Source of the DNA: Elusimicrobiota bacterium
GTDB lineage: Bacteria; Elusimicrobiota; Elusimicrobia; UBA1565; JACRDR01
Length of the DNA: 64,000 nt
NCBI GenBank assembly: GCA_041694815.1
Contig: JBGFSC010000006.1
Coordinates: 24,937 to 88,936 of the forward strand
Reading direction: 5' to 3'
Shown here in pieces: positions 1 to 10,730 of the stretch; position 1 is the first letter of the stretch; every line of letters starts with the position of its first letter. The notes beneath the pieces were generated by a model. The model was not told where the DNA came from. It worked only from the letters and a program-made list of their open reading frames with translations, and made no database searches. The translations under genes and the position numbers were made by a program.

Positions 1-2470
1 CCTGCTGGGTGGCTACCAAGAGATACTTTATTACGGCTTCTACGACTTAACCGGAGCCCAGGCCGATTTTTTCAACGCGGTCGCCGGCGCCTACCCGTGT
101 TCGGTGTTCTTCCCGTATGTTAAAGGATACCCGGCCTTCAAATTCGTCGAACGCTTCTACGAACTGCGCCTTTCGAGAGGCTCCGGGGCGCGGCACCTGC
201 CTCCGGACTGGGGCGGCCGGGCCTTGGGCGAAGGGTTGGGCTGCCTGTTCAATCCCGGCCGGCAAGCGAGCCTTCCCGAGGGGAGGCTGCGGCTGATCAA
301 CGTCTCGGGCTCCAGAGACGAAGTGTGGGCCACCGCCAAGGGAATATTGGCCGCTAGGGAAGAGGACCCTTCTCTGAGCTTCGACGAGATAGGCGTGGTA
401 GCCAGGTCCCTGGAGCCCTATCGCGCGCTCTTGGCGGAGGTCTTCGAAGAAAACGAAATTCCCTTCTCCATGGAGGAGGGCGAGCCGTTGTTGAGGCATC
501 CCCTCGCCAAGCTGGCCCTGAACCTGCTCAACCTGGCGCGCATGGATTTTCCGGCGTCCGCGGTGCAGGACCTGTTGCGTTCGCCCTATCTTCGAGTCAA
601 GGCCTTCGGCTCGGCCCAGCGGCAGGAAAGCGCCTGCCGCGTCATCGCCGCCCTGGGCATCCATTCCGGATGGTCGCAATGGGAAGGAATATTCGGCGCG
701 CAGGCCGGACGAGACCCGGACTCGAAAGCCATTTGGGAATGGCTTAGCTCCTTGCGCCAAAGCCTGCGGGTCGCATCCCCGCCCAGCTGGGCCGGAGCCT
801 CGGCGCATTGGATGACGCTGCTCCAGGACCATTTCCACGTGCCGGTGGGCGATCCCGCCGCCGGCGTATGGGAGGCGATGCTCGCCGCCACGCAGGAGCT
901 AGCCACCTTCGACCGCGCCGCCGCCGGCGCGGACTATCCAGAGATGCTCGAGGCCCTCGAGCGGCGTTGGCGCGGCCGCGCGATCCCAGCGCCAGACAGG
1001 CGCGGGGTGCGCGTCTTGGGCGCGATGGACGCCCGCGGTCATTCCTTCCGACGCCTGTTTCTAATCGGGCTGCAGGAGGGCGTGTTCCCGCGCCAAGTGC
1101 GCGAGGATCCCCTGTTGCCGGACGACCTGCGGGCCAGGCTCGCGCATCCGGCGGGCTATTGGATCCGGCCCAAGCTCGAAGGTTACGACGAGGAAAGGCT
1201 TTTGTTCGCTTTGCTCGTCTCCTCCGCTTCCGAGCGTCTCGTCTGCGTATACCAGCGCTCCGACGATGCCGGGAGGGCAACGGTACCATCCTCCTACCTT
1301 CGGGAGCTCTGTAGGGCCTGCGGCGTCGACTTCTCCGGCGAGGCCAACCGCCGGGTGCCGCGCCAGCCATTGGTCAAGGTACGCGAATCGCCCCTCCTCT
1401 CGTGGTCTCCCGATGAGATGGCCTTGGCGGCCTGCGCCGCGGGCTCCGACCCCGCGCCCGCCTTGAGCGCGCTGGGGGAGGAAGCCGGCGCCCTGGCCGA
1501 GGTCCTGCGACGCAGCGCCGAGCTCAACCGCCAGGGCGGCCCTGGCCCCATGGACGGCGTCGTCGGCCCCCCGCGGCATTACCTGCGGCGCTACCGAGCG
1601 CGCGGTCGTTCCCCGAGCGAGCTCCAGGAGTACACCCGCTGCCCTTTCCGCTTCTTCATGTCCCGCGTGCTCCAGATACCGGAACCCGAAGAGGCGGCCC
1701 AGCGCGGCGCCTTGAGCGCCGAGAGGCGCGGCCGACTCTACCATGCGGCGCTCCGCCGCTTTCATTCGCGCTTGGGCGAAAGCGGCTATTGGAGCGCGCA
1801 GGCGGCGGATTGGGTACCCGTGCTCGAGGAGGCCATCGAGGCCGAGATGGGCGCCGCGTCGTGGAAGACATTGGGCCTTTACCCGGTGCTTTGGGAGGCG
1901 ATCCGGCGGACGATGACGGAGTACCTGCGCGAGTTCGTCAGCTGGGACTTGGCGGAGCTGCGTCGCAGCGGATTTAAGCCGGCGCGCTTCGAGGAGGAAG
2001 TTTCCTGCACCGTGGACGGGCTCGCCCTGCAGGGAAGGATCGACCGGCTCGACGTCGACGCCGCCGGAGGGCGTTTTCGGGTGATCGATTACAAATCCCG
2101 ATCTTCCCGCCGCAGCCTGATGGAGGAAATCGCCGAGCTCCGCAAGCTGCAATTGCCTCTCTACCTGGCCATGGCCGAGGCCTCGAGTCTCGGAGGCAAG
2201 GACGCCAAGGCCGCCGGCGGCGCGCTCTACGGCATCGAGGCCGAGGGGGATGGAGCCCGGGTCGAGTCGCTTGGCTCCACCGACTTCGAGCGCCTGCGCC
2301 GCGGGCTTTGGGAAGACCTTAAGGAGTACGATCGGCTTATCGCGAAGGGCTTCTTTCCCATCCGCCCCGAGGAAGGCATCGGGGGCCACTGCCAGTACTG
2401 CGCCTATTCCGGGGCCTGCCGCAAGGCCCACGCCCCCACGCGCGCGAGGGCTCAGCGGGCCGGCCTATGA
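1..2470 (+). CDS. addB: AddB/RexB-like helicase-nuclease subunit (PD-(D/E)xK nuclease, Fe-S staple), 5' end outside window
   Basis: Frame is open from base 2 (LLGGYQEILYYGFYDLT...). Contains SPSELQEYTRCPFRFF, GRIDRLD...VIDYKS and C-terminal CQYCAYSGAC. ATGA-coupled to the UvrD-type gene. Confidence 0.85.
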   Translation, partial: LLGGYQEILYYGFYDLTGAQADFFNAVAGAYPCSVFFPYVKGYPAFKFVERFYELRLSRGSGARHLPPDWGGRALGEGLGCLFNPGRQASLPEGRLRLINVSGSRDEVWATAKGILAAREEDPSLSFDEIGVVARSLEPYRALLAEVFEENEIPFSMEEGEPLLRHPLAKLALNLLNLARMDFPASAVQDLLRSPYLRVKAFGSAQRQESACRVIAALGIHSGWSQWEGIFGAQAGRDPDSKAIWEWLSSLRQSLRVASPPSWAGASAHWMTLLQDHFHVPVGDPAAGVWEAMLAATQELATFDRAAAGADYPEMLEALERRWRGRAIPAPDRRGVRVLGAMDARGHSFRRLFLIGLQEGVFPRQVREDPLLPDDLRARLAHPAGYWIRPKLEGYDEERLLFALLVSSASERLVCVYQRSDDAGRATVPSSYLRELCRACGVDFSGEANRRVPRQPLVKVRESPLLSWSPDEMALAACAAGSDPAPALSALGEEAGALAEVLRRSAELNRQGGPGPMDGVVGPPRHYLRRYRARGRSPSELQEYTRCPFRFFMSRVLQIPEPEEAAQRGALSAERRGRLYHAALRRFHSRLGESGYWSAQAADWVPVLEEAIEAEMGAASWKTLGLYPVLWEAIRRTMTEYLREFVSWDLAELRRSGFKPARFEEEVSCTVDGLALQGRIDRLDVDAAGGRFRVIDYKSRSSRRSLMEEIAELRKLQLPLYLAMAEASSLGGKDAKAAGGALYGIEAEGDGARVESLGSTDFERLRRGLWEDLKEYDRLIAKGFFPIRPEEGIGGHCQYCAYSGACRKAHAPTRARAQRAGL

Positions 2471-5400
2471 CTGAGGCATTGCTAGACCAGCCGGCCCGCG
2501 ACGCGGCGCGCTTCGAGCTGGGGCGCAACATCGTCGTCGAGGCGGGCGCCGGCACCGGCAAGACATCGCTTCTGACCGAGCGCATCCTGTTCCTTTTGGC
2601 GGCCGGAGGCCCGCAAGGCCGGGGGATCGACATTACTCGCATCGTGGCGCTCACCTTCACCGAGAAGGCCGCCGCCGAGATACAGTGGAGGCTCTCCTCG
2701 AGGCTCGCGGACCTGACGGCGGCGATTGACGGCACCTTGCGCGACCCGGGCCGGCTGCAGGAATGCCGGCGATGGATTTCGGAAGTCGGGCGGCGTTTCG
2801 GCCGTCAGGGAGAGGAGTTGCGGCGCGCTCTGGCGGAGGCCAGCGAGAAAATGGAGCGAGCCTCTATCGGCACCATCCATCGCTTCGCCGCGCAGCTGTT
2901 GCGCCTGCATCCCTTGGAGAGCGGCGTCGACCCCGCCTTCGAGGTGGACCCGGGGCCCGCCTTCGAGGAAAATTTCGAGTCGCATTGGCAGCGCTGGCTC
3001 GTGGAGGAGCTCGGCGAAGAAGCGCCGCGGCGCGAGTCCTGGCTCGAGCTGCTGGCCATCGTCGACTTGGAGGATCTAAGGCTCTTAGCGCGCGCGCTAT
3101 GCTCCGAGGAGTGCGCGGGCGCGACGCCTGCATCGCCTCAGCTGGAGCGCCGCCTGCGCGCCTTGGCCGAGGCCTTCGAGACCTTCGCGCGCAAGCCCGC
3201 GCCCGCGCGCAGCAAGGTACAAGAGCGGTGCCTGCAGGCGAAGGAAAGGCTGCGCCGCCTCGCGGAGGCTTTTTCCGGCGGGGGGGCTTTGGCTCGGCGA
3301 CTTCCGGCGCCGCTTAAGGTCGGGCAATGGCCGCAGGCCTGGGGGGAGGGCGAGGAGAGGGAGCTCTTCGAGGCGGGCGCGTGGCTGGCCGAGCGCGCCT
3401 CGGCCGAAAGCGAGAGTCTGTTGCGCCGTGCCGCCGGGCTGCTGGAGCCTTTTTGCAGGCGTTTTCGAGCGGAATACAGCAGGCGCGGCCATGTGGGCTT
3501 TTCGGGCCTGTTGCGGCACGCGCGGGACCTGGTGCGCGACGATCCCGACGTCCGCTCGAGGCTCAAGCGCCGCTTCGACGTTCTGCTCATCGACGAGTTC
3601 CAGGATACCGACCCCCTGCAGGGCGAGCTGCTGCTGTTTTTGGCCGAACGGCCCGGCGACGCCGCGGCGCAGTGGCGGAAAATACGCCTGGAGCCCGGGC
3701 GCCTGTTCATCGTCGGGGATCCTAAGCAGTCGATCTATCGTTTCCGCGGAGCCGACATCCGCGCCTACGAGGAGTTCGCGCGCCTCCTGCTCGAGCAGGG
3801 CGCTCTTCGCTGCGACCTGCAGACGAGTTTTCGGAGCCATTCGGGGGTGATCGCTCCGATCAACGCGGTTTTCGCCTCCGCCATGCGGGCCAAGGCCGGA
3901 CTGCAGCCTCCATACCTCCCGATCCATCCGCGTCCGGACGGCGGCGGCTCGGCCGGGGTGGAGCTTGTCGTCTTCGAGGAGGCCGACGAGCCGGGGCCGC
4001 GTGCCGAGGCCCTGCGCCGGGCGGAGGCCGCGTGGATCGCGCGCTGGATCTCCGAGCGGGACGCGCGTTGGAAGTTTCGGGACGTCGCGATACTCATGCG
4101 CTCGACGAACGCCTTAGACATCTACCTTTCGGCGCTCAGGGCCCAGGGAATCCCGTACGCGGTCGAGGCGGACCGCCGATTCTTCGGTACCCAGGAGATA
4201 CTCGATTGCGTCAATCTGCTGAGGGTCCTGGAGGACCCCGGCGACGCTATAGCGCTGGTGGGCCTGCTCCGTTCGCCGGCCGCGGCCTTAAGCGACCGGG
4301 ATATCCTGGAGCTGAGGGAATCCGGTTCTCTTTCGATATTCGCGGATCCACCCGAGGGTCTGGACCGCGAAGCGCGCCGGCGCGCTTGCGCGCTCTTTGA
4401 TGAGTTGCGCGGGCTGCGCGAGCGGGTGGGCCGCGAGCCTTTGGCGGATTTCGTGCGCCGCGCGATGCGGCGCACGCGTATGACGGAGCTTTGCGCCCAG
4501 GCGTATCACGGCGAGCAGACCGTCTCGAACCTGCTCAAGTTCCAACGCATCGCCGACGAGGCCGCAGACACGCGGGGCAGCACCTTGCGGGAGTTCCTGC
4601 TGCAGCTGGGCCGCTCTATCGAGGATTCGGCGGAGGAGGGGGAAAGCCCTCTGGCCGACGATCATCTCGACGCCGTGCGCATCCTGACCATCCATAAGGC
4701 CAAGGGTTTGGAGTTCCCAATCGTATTCTTGCCCAATCTGGGGGCGCCGATCCGCTCCGGCGAACCGCCGGTTTTCATGGCCGAGTGGCGCACGCAGGCG
4801 GCCGGATTCCGCCTTCCCAAGGCGAAGGCCGCGGATGCGGCCATGGCGCTGCTCCAATGGGATGAGAACCGCCGGATCCGCGAGGAATCCGTGCGCCTGC
4901 TCTACGTCGCCATGACCCGCGCGCGCGAGCGGCTGTTCCTTTTAGGCGCGGAGGCCCCCGGCCATGCGGGTACTTTCTCTAATATATTGGCCGCGGCCGG
5001 AGCCTGGCCCCAGGGGCAAGCGGGTTCGTTGTCCATAGGCTCCCATTCCGTGCCCGTGCGGCGAGTCTCCGGGGACCGCCTTGCCGCCCCGCGGAGAAGG
5101 CGCGGCGAGGCCTGGAGCGTCGATGCGCGGGCCTGGTCGAGGGTATGGGCCGCCCGCCGCGCCGAGCGGTCGCGATGGAGCGGGGGCCTTTTCGCCAGCC
5201 CTACCGACTATCAGGCGGAGATCCAGAAGCTCCCGGCGCTCGAAGAGGGCGCGGGGCCGCCGGCGGATTGGATCGGCCGGCTCTGCCACCGCGTGCTGGA
5301 GAAGTGGGATTTCGCGCGCCCGCCGGATTTGGGCGAGGCGCTGGCCTCGGCCTGCCGCAACCTCGCCTGGCTGGAATCGGGCGTCCCGTGGAAGGCCGTC

Positions 5401-5739
5401 GCCGAGGAGGGATGGAGGATACTCGAAGGGTTCTTGGAGTCGGAGGCGGCCCGGGAATTGGCCGATTCGGAGATACTGGGCCGCGAAATGCCCTTCTTAT
5501 ATCCTCGCGAAGGACGGGTGATGCGCGGCAGCCTGGACCTGCTCTACCGCCGGGGCGGAAAGCTTTGGGTAGCCGATTATAAGACGGGGAAACCGCTGCT
5601 GGACATCCGCGAAGCGCTCCGCCGCTACGGCCCCCAGGCCGGGGCCTATGTGGAGGCCGTCGAGCGCGGCCTGGGAGAAAGGCCGGGATTCAAATTATTG
5701 TGGCTGCGCGGCGGAAAATCCATCGAGCTGCCGATTTGA
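2467..5739 (+). CDS. addA: AddA/RexA-like UvrD helicase with C-terminal nuclease
   Basis: [66 protein letters not shown]...ADYKTG. Confidence 0.9.
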   Translation: MTEALLDQPARDAARFELGRNIVVEAGAGTGKTSLLTERILFLLAAGGPQGRGIDITRIVALTFTEKAAAEIQWRLSSRLADLTAAIDGTLRDPGRLQECRRWISEVGRRFGRQGEELRRALAEASEKMERASIGTIHRFAAQLLRLHPLESGVDPAFEVDPGPAFEENFESHWQRWLVEELGEEAPRRESWLELLAIVDLEDLRLLARALCSEECAGATPASPQLERRLRALAEAFETFARKPAPARSKVQERCLQAKERLRRLAEAFSGGGALARRLPAPLKVGQWPQAWGEGEERELFEAGAWLAERASAESESLLRRAAGLLEPFCRRFRAEYSRRGHVGFSGLLRHARDLVRDDPDVRSRLKRRFDVLLIDEFQDTDPLQGELLLFLAERPGDAAAQWRKIRLEPGRLFIVGDPKQSIYRFRGADIRAYEEFARLLLEQGALRCDLQTSFRSHSGVIAPINAVFASAMRAKAGLQPPYLPIHPRPDGGGSAGVELVVFEEADEPGPRAEALRRAEAAWIARWISERDARWKFRDVAILMRSTNALDIYLSALRAQGIPYAVEADRRFFGTQEILDCVNLLRVLEDPGDAIALVGLLRSPAAALSDRDILELRESGSLSIFADPPEGLDREARRRACALFDELRGLRERVGREPLADFVRRAMRRTRMTELCAQAYHGEQTVSNLLKFQRIADEAADTRGSTLREFLLQLGRSIEDSAEEGESPLADDHLDAVRILTIHKAKGLEFPIVFLPNLGAPIRSGEPPVFMAEWRTQAAGFRLPKAKAADAAMALLQWDENRRIREESVRLLYVAMTRARERLFLLGAEAPGHAGTFSNILAAAGAWPQGQAGSLSIGSHSVPVRRVSGDRLAAPRRRRGEAWSVDARAWSRVWAARRAERSRWSGGLFASPTDYQAEIQKLPALEEGAGPPADWIGRLCHRVLEKWDFARPPDLGEALASACRNLAWLESGVPWKAVAEEGWRILEGFLESEAARELADSEILGREMPFLYPREGRVMRGSLDLLYRRGGKLWVADYKTGKPLLDIREALRRYGPQAGAYVEAVERGLGERPGFKLLWLRGGKSIELPI

Positions 5740-5750
5740 TAGAATGCGCC

Positions 5751-6725
5751 ATGGCCTTCCCGGCAACGAGGCTGAGGCGCTTGCGCTCGAGCCCGGCCCT
5801 AAGATCGCTGGTCCGCCAGACGCGGCTTGCCGGAGAGGACCTGGTCCTTCCCTTGTTCGTGCGCCCCGGTAAAGGCGAGCGGCGGCCGATCGCCTCCATG
5901 CCAGGGCATTTCCAGTATTCCGTCGACACGGCGGTCAAGGCCGCCAAGGAAGCGGCCGCGGCGGGCCTCCCCGCCATCCTCCTTTTCGGCATACCGGAGC
6001 GCAAGGACTCCAGGGCCAGCGGCGCCTACGCCGCAGGCGGGATCGCGCAGAGGGCGGCCTCGGCCATCAAGCAGGCCCTTCCCGAGCTGCTAGTCATCGC
6101 CGATCTCTGCTTTTGCGAATACACCGATCACGGGCATTGCGGCGTCTTGAAGGGCCGGCGCGTCGACAACGACGCCACGCTCCTTTTGGCCGGGAAAACG
6201 GCGGCGAGCCAGGCCAAGGCCGGGGCCGACATCATCGCGCCCAGCGGCATGATGGACGGCCAGGTGGCGGCCATACGCTCGGCCTTGGATCGCGCCGGAT
6301 ACAAGAATACCCCGATCCTCGCCTATACGGCCAAGTTCGCCTCCGCTTTTTACGGGCCGTTCCGGGAGGCCGCCGAATCCCCGCCCTCCTTCGGCGACCG
6401 CTCCGGCTATCAAATGGACCCGGCCAACGCGCGCGAGGCAATCCGCGAGGCGGAGCTCGACGTGCAGGAGGGCGCCGACATGCTGATGGTCAAGCCGGCC
6501 ATGGCCTACCTCGACGTGCTCGCCGAGTTGCGGCGCCGCTTCCCGCTGCCTCTGGCGGCCTACAGCGTATCCGGGGAATTCGCGATGATCAAGGCGGCGG
6601 CGGCCCAGGGATGGGTCGACGAGCGCAAGGTCGTGCTTGAATCGCTCGCGTCGATCAAGCGGGCCGGGGCGGATTTCATCATCAGCTACCACGCCTTGGA
6701 AGCGGCGCGCTGGCTGGCGGAATGA
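5751..6725 (+). CDS. hemB: Porphobilinogen synthase (ALA dehydratase)
   Basis: RLRRLR start, [12 protein letters not shown] zinc site, [29 protein letters not shown]. Start placed at ATG 5751. Confidence 0.95.
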   Translation: MAFPATRLRRLRSSPALRSLVRQTRLAGEDLVLPLFVRPGKGERRPIASMPGHFQYSVDTAVKAAKEAAAAGLPAILLFGIPERKDSRASGAYAAGGIAQRAASAIKQALPELLVIADLCFCEYTDHGHCGVLKGRRVDNDATLLLAGKTAASQAKAGADIIAPSGMMDGQVAAIRSALDRAGYKNTPILAYTAKFASAFYGPFREAAESPPSFGDRSGYQMDPANAREAIREAELDVQEGADMLMVKPAMAYLDVLAELRRRFPLPLAAYSVSGEFAMIKAAAAQGWVDERKVVLESLASIKRAGADFIISYHALEAARWLAE

Positions 6726-7018
6726 GCGCCTCTCGGGCGGCCTTCGCCGCCGGGGCCCTGGCCTGCTGGGCGGCCTGTCTCGCGCTGGACTATTTTTCCC
6801 TGGGCCGGATAGCCCCTAAGGTGCTTTTCATTTGCCGCTTTTACGTGGCGGCCATTTTAATGCTCACTCCGATGGTGCTCTACTGGGATGAAACGCGATA
6901 CGCCGTATTCTACGCGGACCGGCGCGTTATATGGAGCATACTGTCGAGCGCCGTCTGCGGCGCCGCGGGCCTGTTTCTATGGTACCGGGCCTTAGGCGGA
7001 CCTGATGGAAAAATCTGA
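6722..7018 (+). CDS. Small membrane protein (possible EamA-like half transporter)
   Basis: 98 aa with about 3 hydrophobic segments; overlaps hemB and hemL. Confidence 0.5.
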   Translation: MSASRAAFAAGALACWAACLALDYFSLGRIAPKVLFICRFYVAAILMLTPMVLYWDETRYAVFYADRRVIWSILSSAVCGAAGLFLWYRALGGPDGKI

Positions 7019-8294
7019 TCGTTTATTCCGCCGGGCTTGCGGACTGCTGCCAGGCGGGGTCAATTCGCCGGTGAGGGCCTTCAAGGCGGTCGGCGGCACT
7101 CCGCGCTTTATCCGCTCAGGCAAGGGAGCTCGAATTTTAGATGAGGATGGGCGTTCCTATATCGATTATTGCCTTTCCTGGGGACCTCTTATCCTAGGCC
7201 ATGCCCACCCCGCCGTCGTCGCCGCAGCGTCTCGCGCACTGAAAAGGGGATCGAGCTTCGGCGCGCCGACCGAGGCCGAATCGCGGCTGGCCGAGTTGAT
7301 CCGCTCCGCCTTGCCCTCGATGCGTATGCTGAGGCTGACGAGCTCAGGCACCGAGGCCGTCATGAGCGCCCTGCGCCTGGCCCGCGCCTTCACGAGGCGT
7401 GACTGGATCGTGAAGTTCTCGGGATGCTATCACGGTCATGTCGACAGCCTGCTGGTCTCCGCTGGCTCAGGCGCTATGACATTAGGCAGTCCGGATTCCG
7501 CGGGCGTACCCGAATCTTGGGCCCGGATGACGCTTTCTTTGTCTTACAACGATGTCGCTTCCGTCGAGAACGCGTTCGCCCAATATGGCGGGCGCATCGC
7601 CGCCGTCATCATCGAGCCGCTGGCCGCGAACATGGGAGTCGTGGCGCCGCGCGAAGGATTTCTCAAGGCCTTGCGCGAGATCACCCGGCGGCACGGGGCC
7701 TTGCTTATCTTCGACGAGGTGGTGACCGGCTTCCGTCTGGAGTTCGGCGGCGCCCAGACGCTCTGGAAGATAGAGCCCGATCTGACCTGCCTGGGAAAAA
7801 TTATTGGAGGGGGATTTCCAATCGGCGCTTACGGGGGGCGGCGCGAAATCATGGAGATGGTAGCGCCTTTGGGGCCGGTGTATCAGGCGGGGACCCTCTC
7901 CGGCAACCCCGTCGCCGTCGCCGCCGGCATCGCCTGTCTCGAGACTCTCCGCCGCCAGAAGCCGTACGCGCGCATGGCGCGTCTGGCCTCGCGGCTCGCC
8001 GAGGGGTTGCGCCGGCAGGCGTCGGGACTGGGCGTGCCCTTGACCGTCCAGCAATTCGCCTCTATGCTGACCCCTTTCTTTCACGCAGGACCGATCAGCG
8101 ATTACGCCAGCGCGAAGGCGGCCGACACCCGGGCTTACGCCCGATTCTTCCATGCCATGCTTCGCGAGGGAATATACCTGCCTCCGGCGCAATTCGAGGC
8201 CGCCTTCCTGTCAGCCGCGCATACCGAAAAGGACGTCGATCTCAGCTTGAGGGCAGCGGGTAGGGCGCTGGATTCGCTAACGCGAAGGACTTAG
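7005..8294 (+). CDS. hemL: Glutamate-1-semialdehyde 2,1-aminomutase
   Basis: PGGVNSPVRAF, SGTEAVMSALRLAR, FDEVVTGFR, LGKIIGGG (PLP Lys), YQAGTLSGNP. Confidence 0.96.
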   Translation: MEKSDRLFRRACGLLPGGVNSPVRAFKAVGGTPRFIRSGKGARILDEDGRSYIDYCLSWGPLILGHAHPAVVAAASRALKRGSSFGAPTEAESRLAELIRSALPSMRMLRLTSSGTEAVMSALRLARAFTRRDWIVKFSGCYHGHVDSLLVSAGSGAMTLGSPDSAGVPESWARMTLSLSYNDVASVENAFAQYGGRIAAVIIEPLAANMGVVAPREGFLKALREITRRHGALLIFDEVVTGFRLEFGGAQTLWKIEPDLTCLGKIIGGGFPIGAYGGRREIMEMVAPLGPVYQAGTLSGNPVAVAAGIACLETLRRQKPYARMARLASRLAEGLRRQASGLGVPLTVQQFASMLTPFFHAGPISDYASAKAADTRAYARFFHAMLREGIYLPPAQFEAAFLSAAHTEKDVDLSLRAAGRALDSLTRRT

Positions 8295-8888
8295 CGAGAC
8301 GAGCACTGGAAGGCCTTTGTAGAAAAAAACGAGGACGCCTTCCGGCAAGCCCATGGCGGCTCTCTGATCGGCGGACGCTTCCTTGACGCCAGCTACCTTG
8401 CGGATGGCCATGAGTACGCGCGACTGAGTCGCGATCCCGCTGTCGATGCCCACGAGTATCGCGGGGGGCGCGGGGATGACGCCGATGCTTACCCGCGGCC
8501 TATCTCCGTCATCGTAAACGGGGATCGGTATGCGATTCAAGGCGTCCGCGAATTCCTTCGCGGTCCGGAGCAGGTCTTCTTCTTTTGGTGCGCCTCCGCC
8601 GAACATGGTCGATAGAATTTGCTCCATCAGCTTGTTCTGATCCGAGCCGCGGCCCTGCGGAGCCGCTTGGATTTTCGGGATTTCCAGAAGCGGCAGTTTC
8701 CCATCCGCATCAGCCAGATTTGCCGGTCCTTCCTTTGTATAGCCTTCCGGCAAGGTGAGTAAGGGCAGTTTTCCCTGCTCGTCGAATTGGGCATCGCCCT
8801 GTTGCCTGGCATCCTCCGGGCTTTCGGCGAAGCAGGGAACGCCCGCTAAGAATACGGCGCTTACGGCGAGAGTGAATATGGAGTTCAT
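8277..8888 (-). CDS. Exported hypothetical protein with QFDExGKLPLL leader
   Basis: Signal-like N-terminus MNSIFTLAVSAVFLAGVPCFA; GGAGG just upstream; mature N-terminus is homologous to 10731..11342. Confidence 0.75.
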   Translation of the reverse strand: MNSIFTLAVSAVFLAGVPCFAESPEDARQQGDAQFDEQGKLPLLTLPEGYTKEGPANLADADGKLPLLEIPKIQAAPQGRGSDQNKLMEQILSTMFGGGAPKEEDLLRTAKEFADALNRIPIPVYDDGDRPRVSIGVIPAPPAILVGIDSGIATQSRVLMAIRKVAGVKEASADQRAAMGLPEGVLVFFYKGLPVLVSLSPSR

Positions 8889-8922
8889 GCCTCCAGTATG
8901 GGCCTTATTCCTCCGCGGCGCA

Positions 8923-8985
8923 TGAGTCCCAAGACCTAAATCGTCTGGGTCCTTGGGCCCCGAGAATTTAGGACCAAAAGGCCCT
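8923..8985. promoter_or_regulatory. Triple-box operator array A (divergent promoter)
   Basis: TGAGTCCCAAGACCTA 8923-8938, TGGGTCCTTGGGCCCC 8946-8961, TAGGACCAAAAGGCCCT 8969-8985 (23-bp period). -10-like TAAACT at 9007 (+) and CATACT at 8900 (-), each 38 bp from the start of the proximal box. Confidence 0.75.
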
Positions 8986-9018
8986 CGCGATTTGCTGCCG
9001 CTCCGCTAAACTAGTCAT

Positions 9019-10728
9019 ATGAAAAAACTACCCGTCGTACTCGCCCTCTTCACCGTATTATCCGTCGCGCCCAGCCCACGCTCCTATGCCCAGTTCGGCA
9101 ATCCGTTCGCCGCGCAGGAGGAGCAACATAAGAAGGTCGTAGGAAGGCTCGGCGAAGCGCTCAATGCCAAGCAGTCCGAGATGCCTAAGGATGTTTGGAA
9201 GAGAGTCCATGAGGAATATAACCGCCTCCTTAATATGCAGCCCCACAATCCCGAGGCCCAGAAATCGATAGATTACCTGCAATGGTTCATCGATCTTCCT
9301 TGGGGAAAAGAGACCCAGGATCGATTCGACCTGGCGGAGGCTCAAAAGATATTAGACCGCGATCATTACGGGCTCGACCAGGTCAAGGAGCGTGTCATCG
9401 AGTACCTGGCGGTCCGCAAGAGAACCGCCTCGCAGAAGGGAGGCATTCTCTGCTTCGTGGGGCCCAAGGGAACCGGGAAAACCTCCATCGCCAAGGCCAT
9501 CGCCGAGTCCATGGGCCGCAGCTTCGTCCGCTTGTCTCTGGGCGGAGTCAATAACGAGGCGGAATTGCGCGGGTTTCAGAGGACCTATATGGGATCACGG
9601 CCGGGCAGCATCATCACCCAGATGAAGAACGCCAAGACGATAAACCCCGTGATGCTCATGGACGAGGTGGACAAGCTGGCCGATGGCAGTCACTACGGCG
9701 ATCCTCGGGCGGCGCTCTTGGAGATCCTCGACCCGGAGCAAAATAATACCTTCCGGGACCATTATATGGATGTCCCCTATGATTTGTCGAAGGTGCTCTT
9801 CATCCTCACGGCCAACGATATGAGGAGGATCCCACCGCCCCTGCTCGACCGCGTGGAGATCATCGAGTTCTCGGCCTACACGGTGCGCGAGAAGGTGGGC
9901 ATAGCCCAGCACCATATCGTGGGCCGTAAGCAGCGCGAATGCGGCATCAAGCCGGGCTCCTGCGAGCTCACCGTCGCGGCCATCGAGCAGATCATCGACG
10001 GCTACACGATGGAGGCCGGGGTGCGCAACCTGCAGGAGAACATCGGCGGCGTCTACCGCAAGGCCGCCGCCTGGGAGGAGACCAAGGGCCTGCCCATCCC
10101 CAAGAAGATCGATCATGGGCAGGTGAAGGATTACCTGGGAGCCCCGCGCTACGGCCACCGCATCATGGAGGAAAACGGCGTCGGGGTCGGCACGGGCTTG
10201 GCGGTCAGCGACAACGGCGGGAGCACGCTCAACGTCGAGGTGCTCAAGGTGCCCGGAGACGGCAAGGTCCGCACCCGTGAGTTGATGGAGAAGATGTTCC
10301 AGGATTCCGCCGACAATGCCGTGGCCTACGTCAAGTCCAAGGCCGTGGAACTGGGCATCGATCCGGAGGATTTCAAGAAATACGATCTGGAGATCGCGAT
10401 AGCTCCCGCGATTCCGGTCGACGGGCCTTCGGCGGGTACCGCCATGACCACGGCGATCGCGAGCAGCTTGAGCGGCCGCAGGATCCGTAAGGGAGTAGCC
10501 ATGACCGGCGAGGTCACGTTGACCGGCAAGGTGCTCCCGATCGGTGGGCTCAAGCAGAAGGTGATGGCGGCCGAGCGCATGGGCTACGACACGGTGCTTT
10601 TCCCCGCCGCCAACGAGCATGAGCTCGAGGAGATTTCCCCCGAAGTGCGCAAGAAGATGACATTGGTGCCCGTCAAGACGATGGACGAGGTCTTGAATCT
10701 GGCCTTGGAGCCCCGGCCCCAGGCCTGA
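9019..10728 (+). CDS. lon: Lon (S16) protease, AAA+ and protease domains only, with N-terminal signal-like peptide
   Basis: LDRDHYGLDQVKERVIEYLAV, GPKGTGKTS, RTYMGS, MDEVDK, LLEILDPEQN, DGPSAG (Ser), PIGGLKQK (Lys). N-terminus MKKLPVVLALFTVLSVAPSPRSYA. Confidence 0.9.
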   Translation: MKKLPVVLALFTVLSVAPSPRSYAQFGNPFAAQEEQHKKVVGRLGEALNAKQSEMPKDVWKRVHEEYNRLLNMQPHNPEAQKSIDYLQWFIDLPWGKETQDRFDLAEAQKILDRDHYGLDQVKERVIEYLAVRKRTASQKGGILCFVGPKGTGKTSIAKAIAESMGRSFVRLSLGGVNNEAELRGFQRTYMGSRPGSIITQMKNAKTINPVMLMDEVDKLADGSHYGDPRAALLEILDPEQNNTFRDHYMDVPYDLSKVLFILTANDMRRIPPPLLDRVEIIEFSAYTVREKVGIAQHHIVGRKQRECGIKPGSCELTVAAIEQIIDGYTMEAGVRNLQENIGGVYRKAAAWEETKGLPIPKKIDHGQVKDYLGAPRYGHRIMEENGVGVGTGLAVSDNGGSTLNVEVLKVPGDGKVRTRELMEKMFQDSADNAVAYVKSKAVELGIDPEDFKKYDLEIAIAPAIPVDGPSAGTAMTTAIASSLSGRRIRKGVAMTGEVTLTGKVLPIGGLKQKVMAAERMGYDTVLFPAANEHELEEISPEVRKKMTLVPVKTMDEVLNLALEPRPQA

Positions 10729-10730
10729 TC

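Noticed and set aside
1..5739. Helicase-nuclease pair as an anti-phage defence system
   Set aside because: Motifs, sizes and order fit ordinary AddAB recombination repair.
8923..8985. Triple boxes as a mini-CRISPR array
   Set aside because: Units are degenerate 16-17 bp palindromes separated by only about 7 bp, there are no cas genes, and the fixed distance to -10 elements fits operators.
9019..10728. lon as a truncated pseudogene
   Set aside because: The ORF is intact with all catalytic motifs, a coherent signal-like N-terminus and its own promoter elements.
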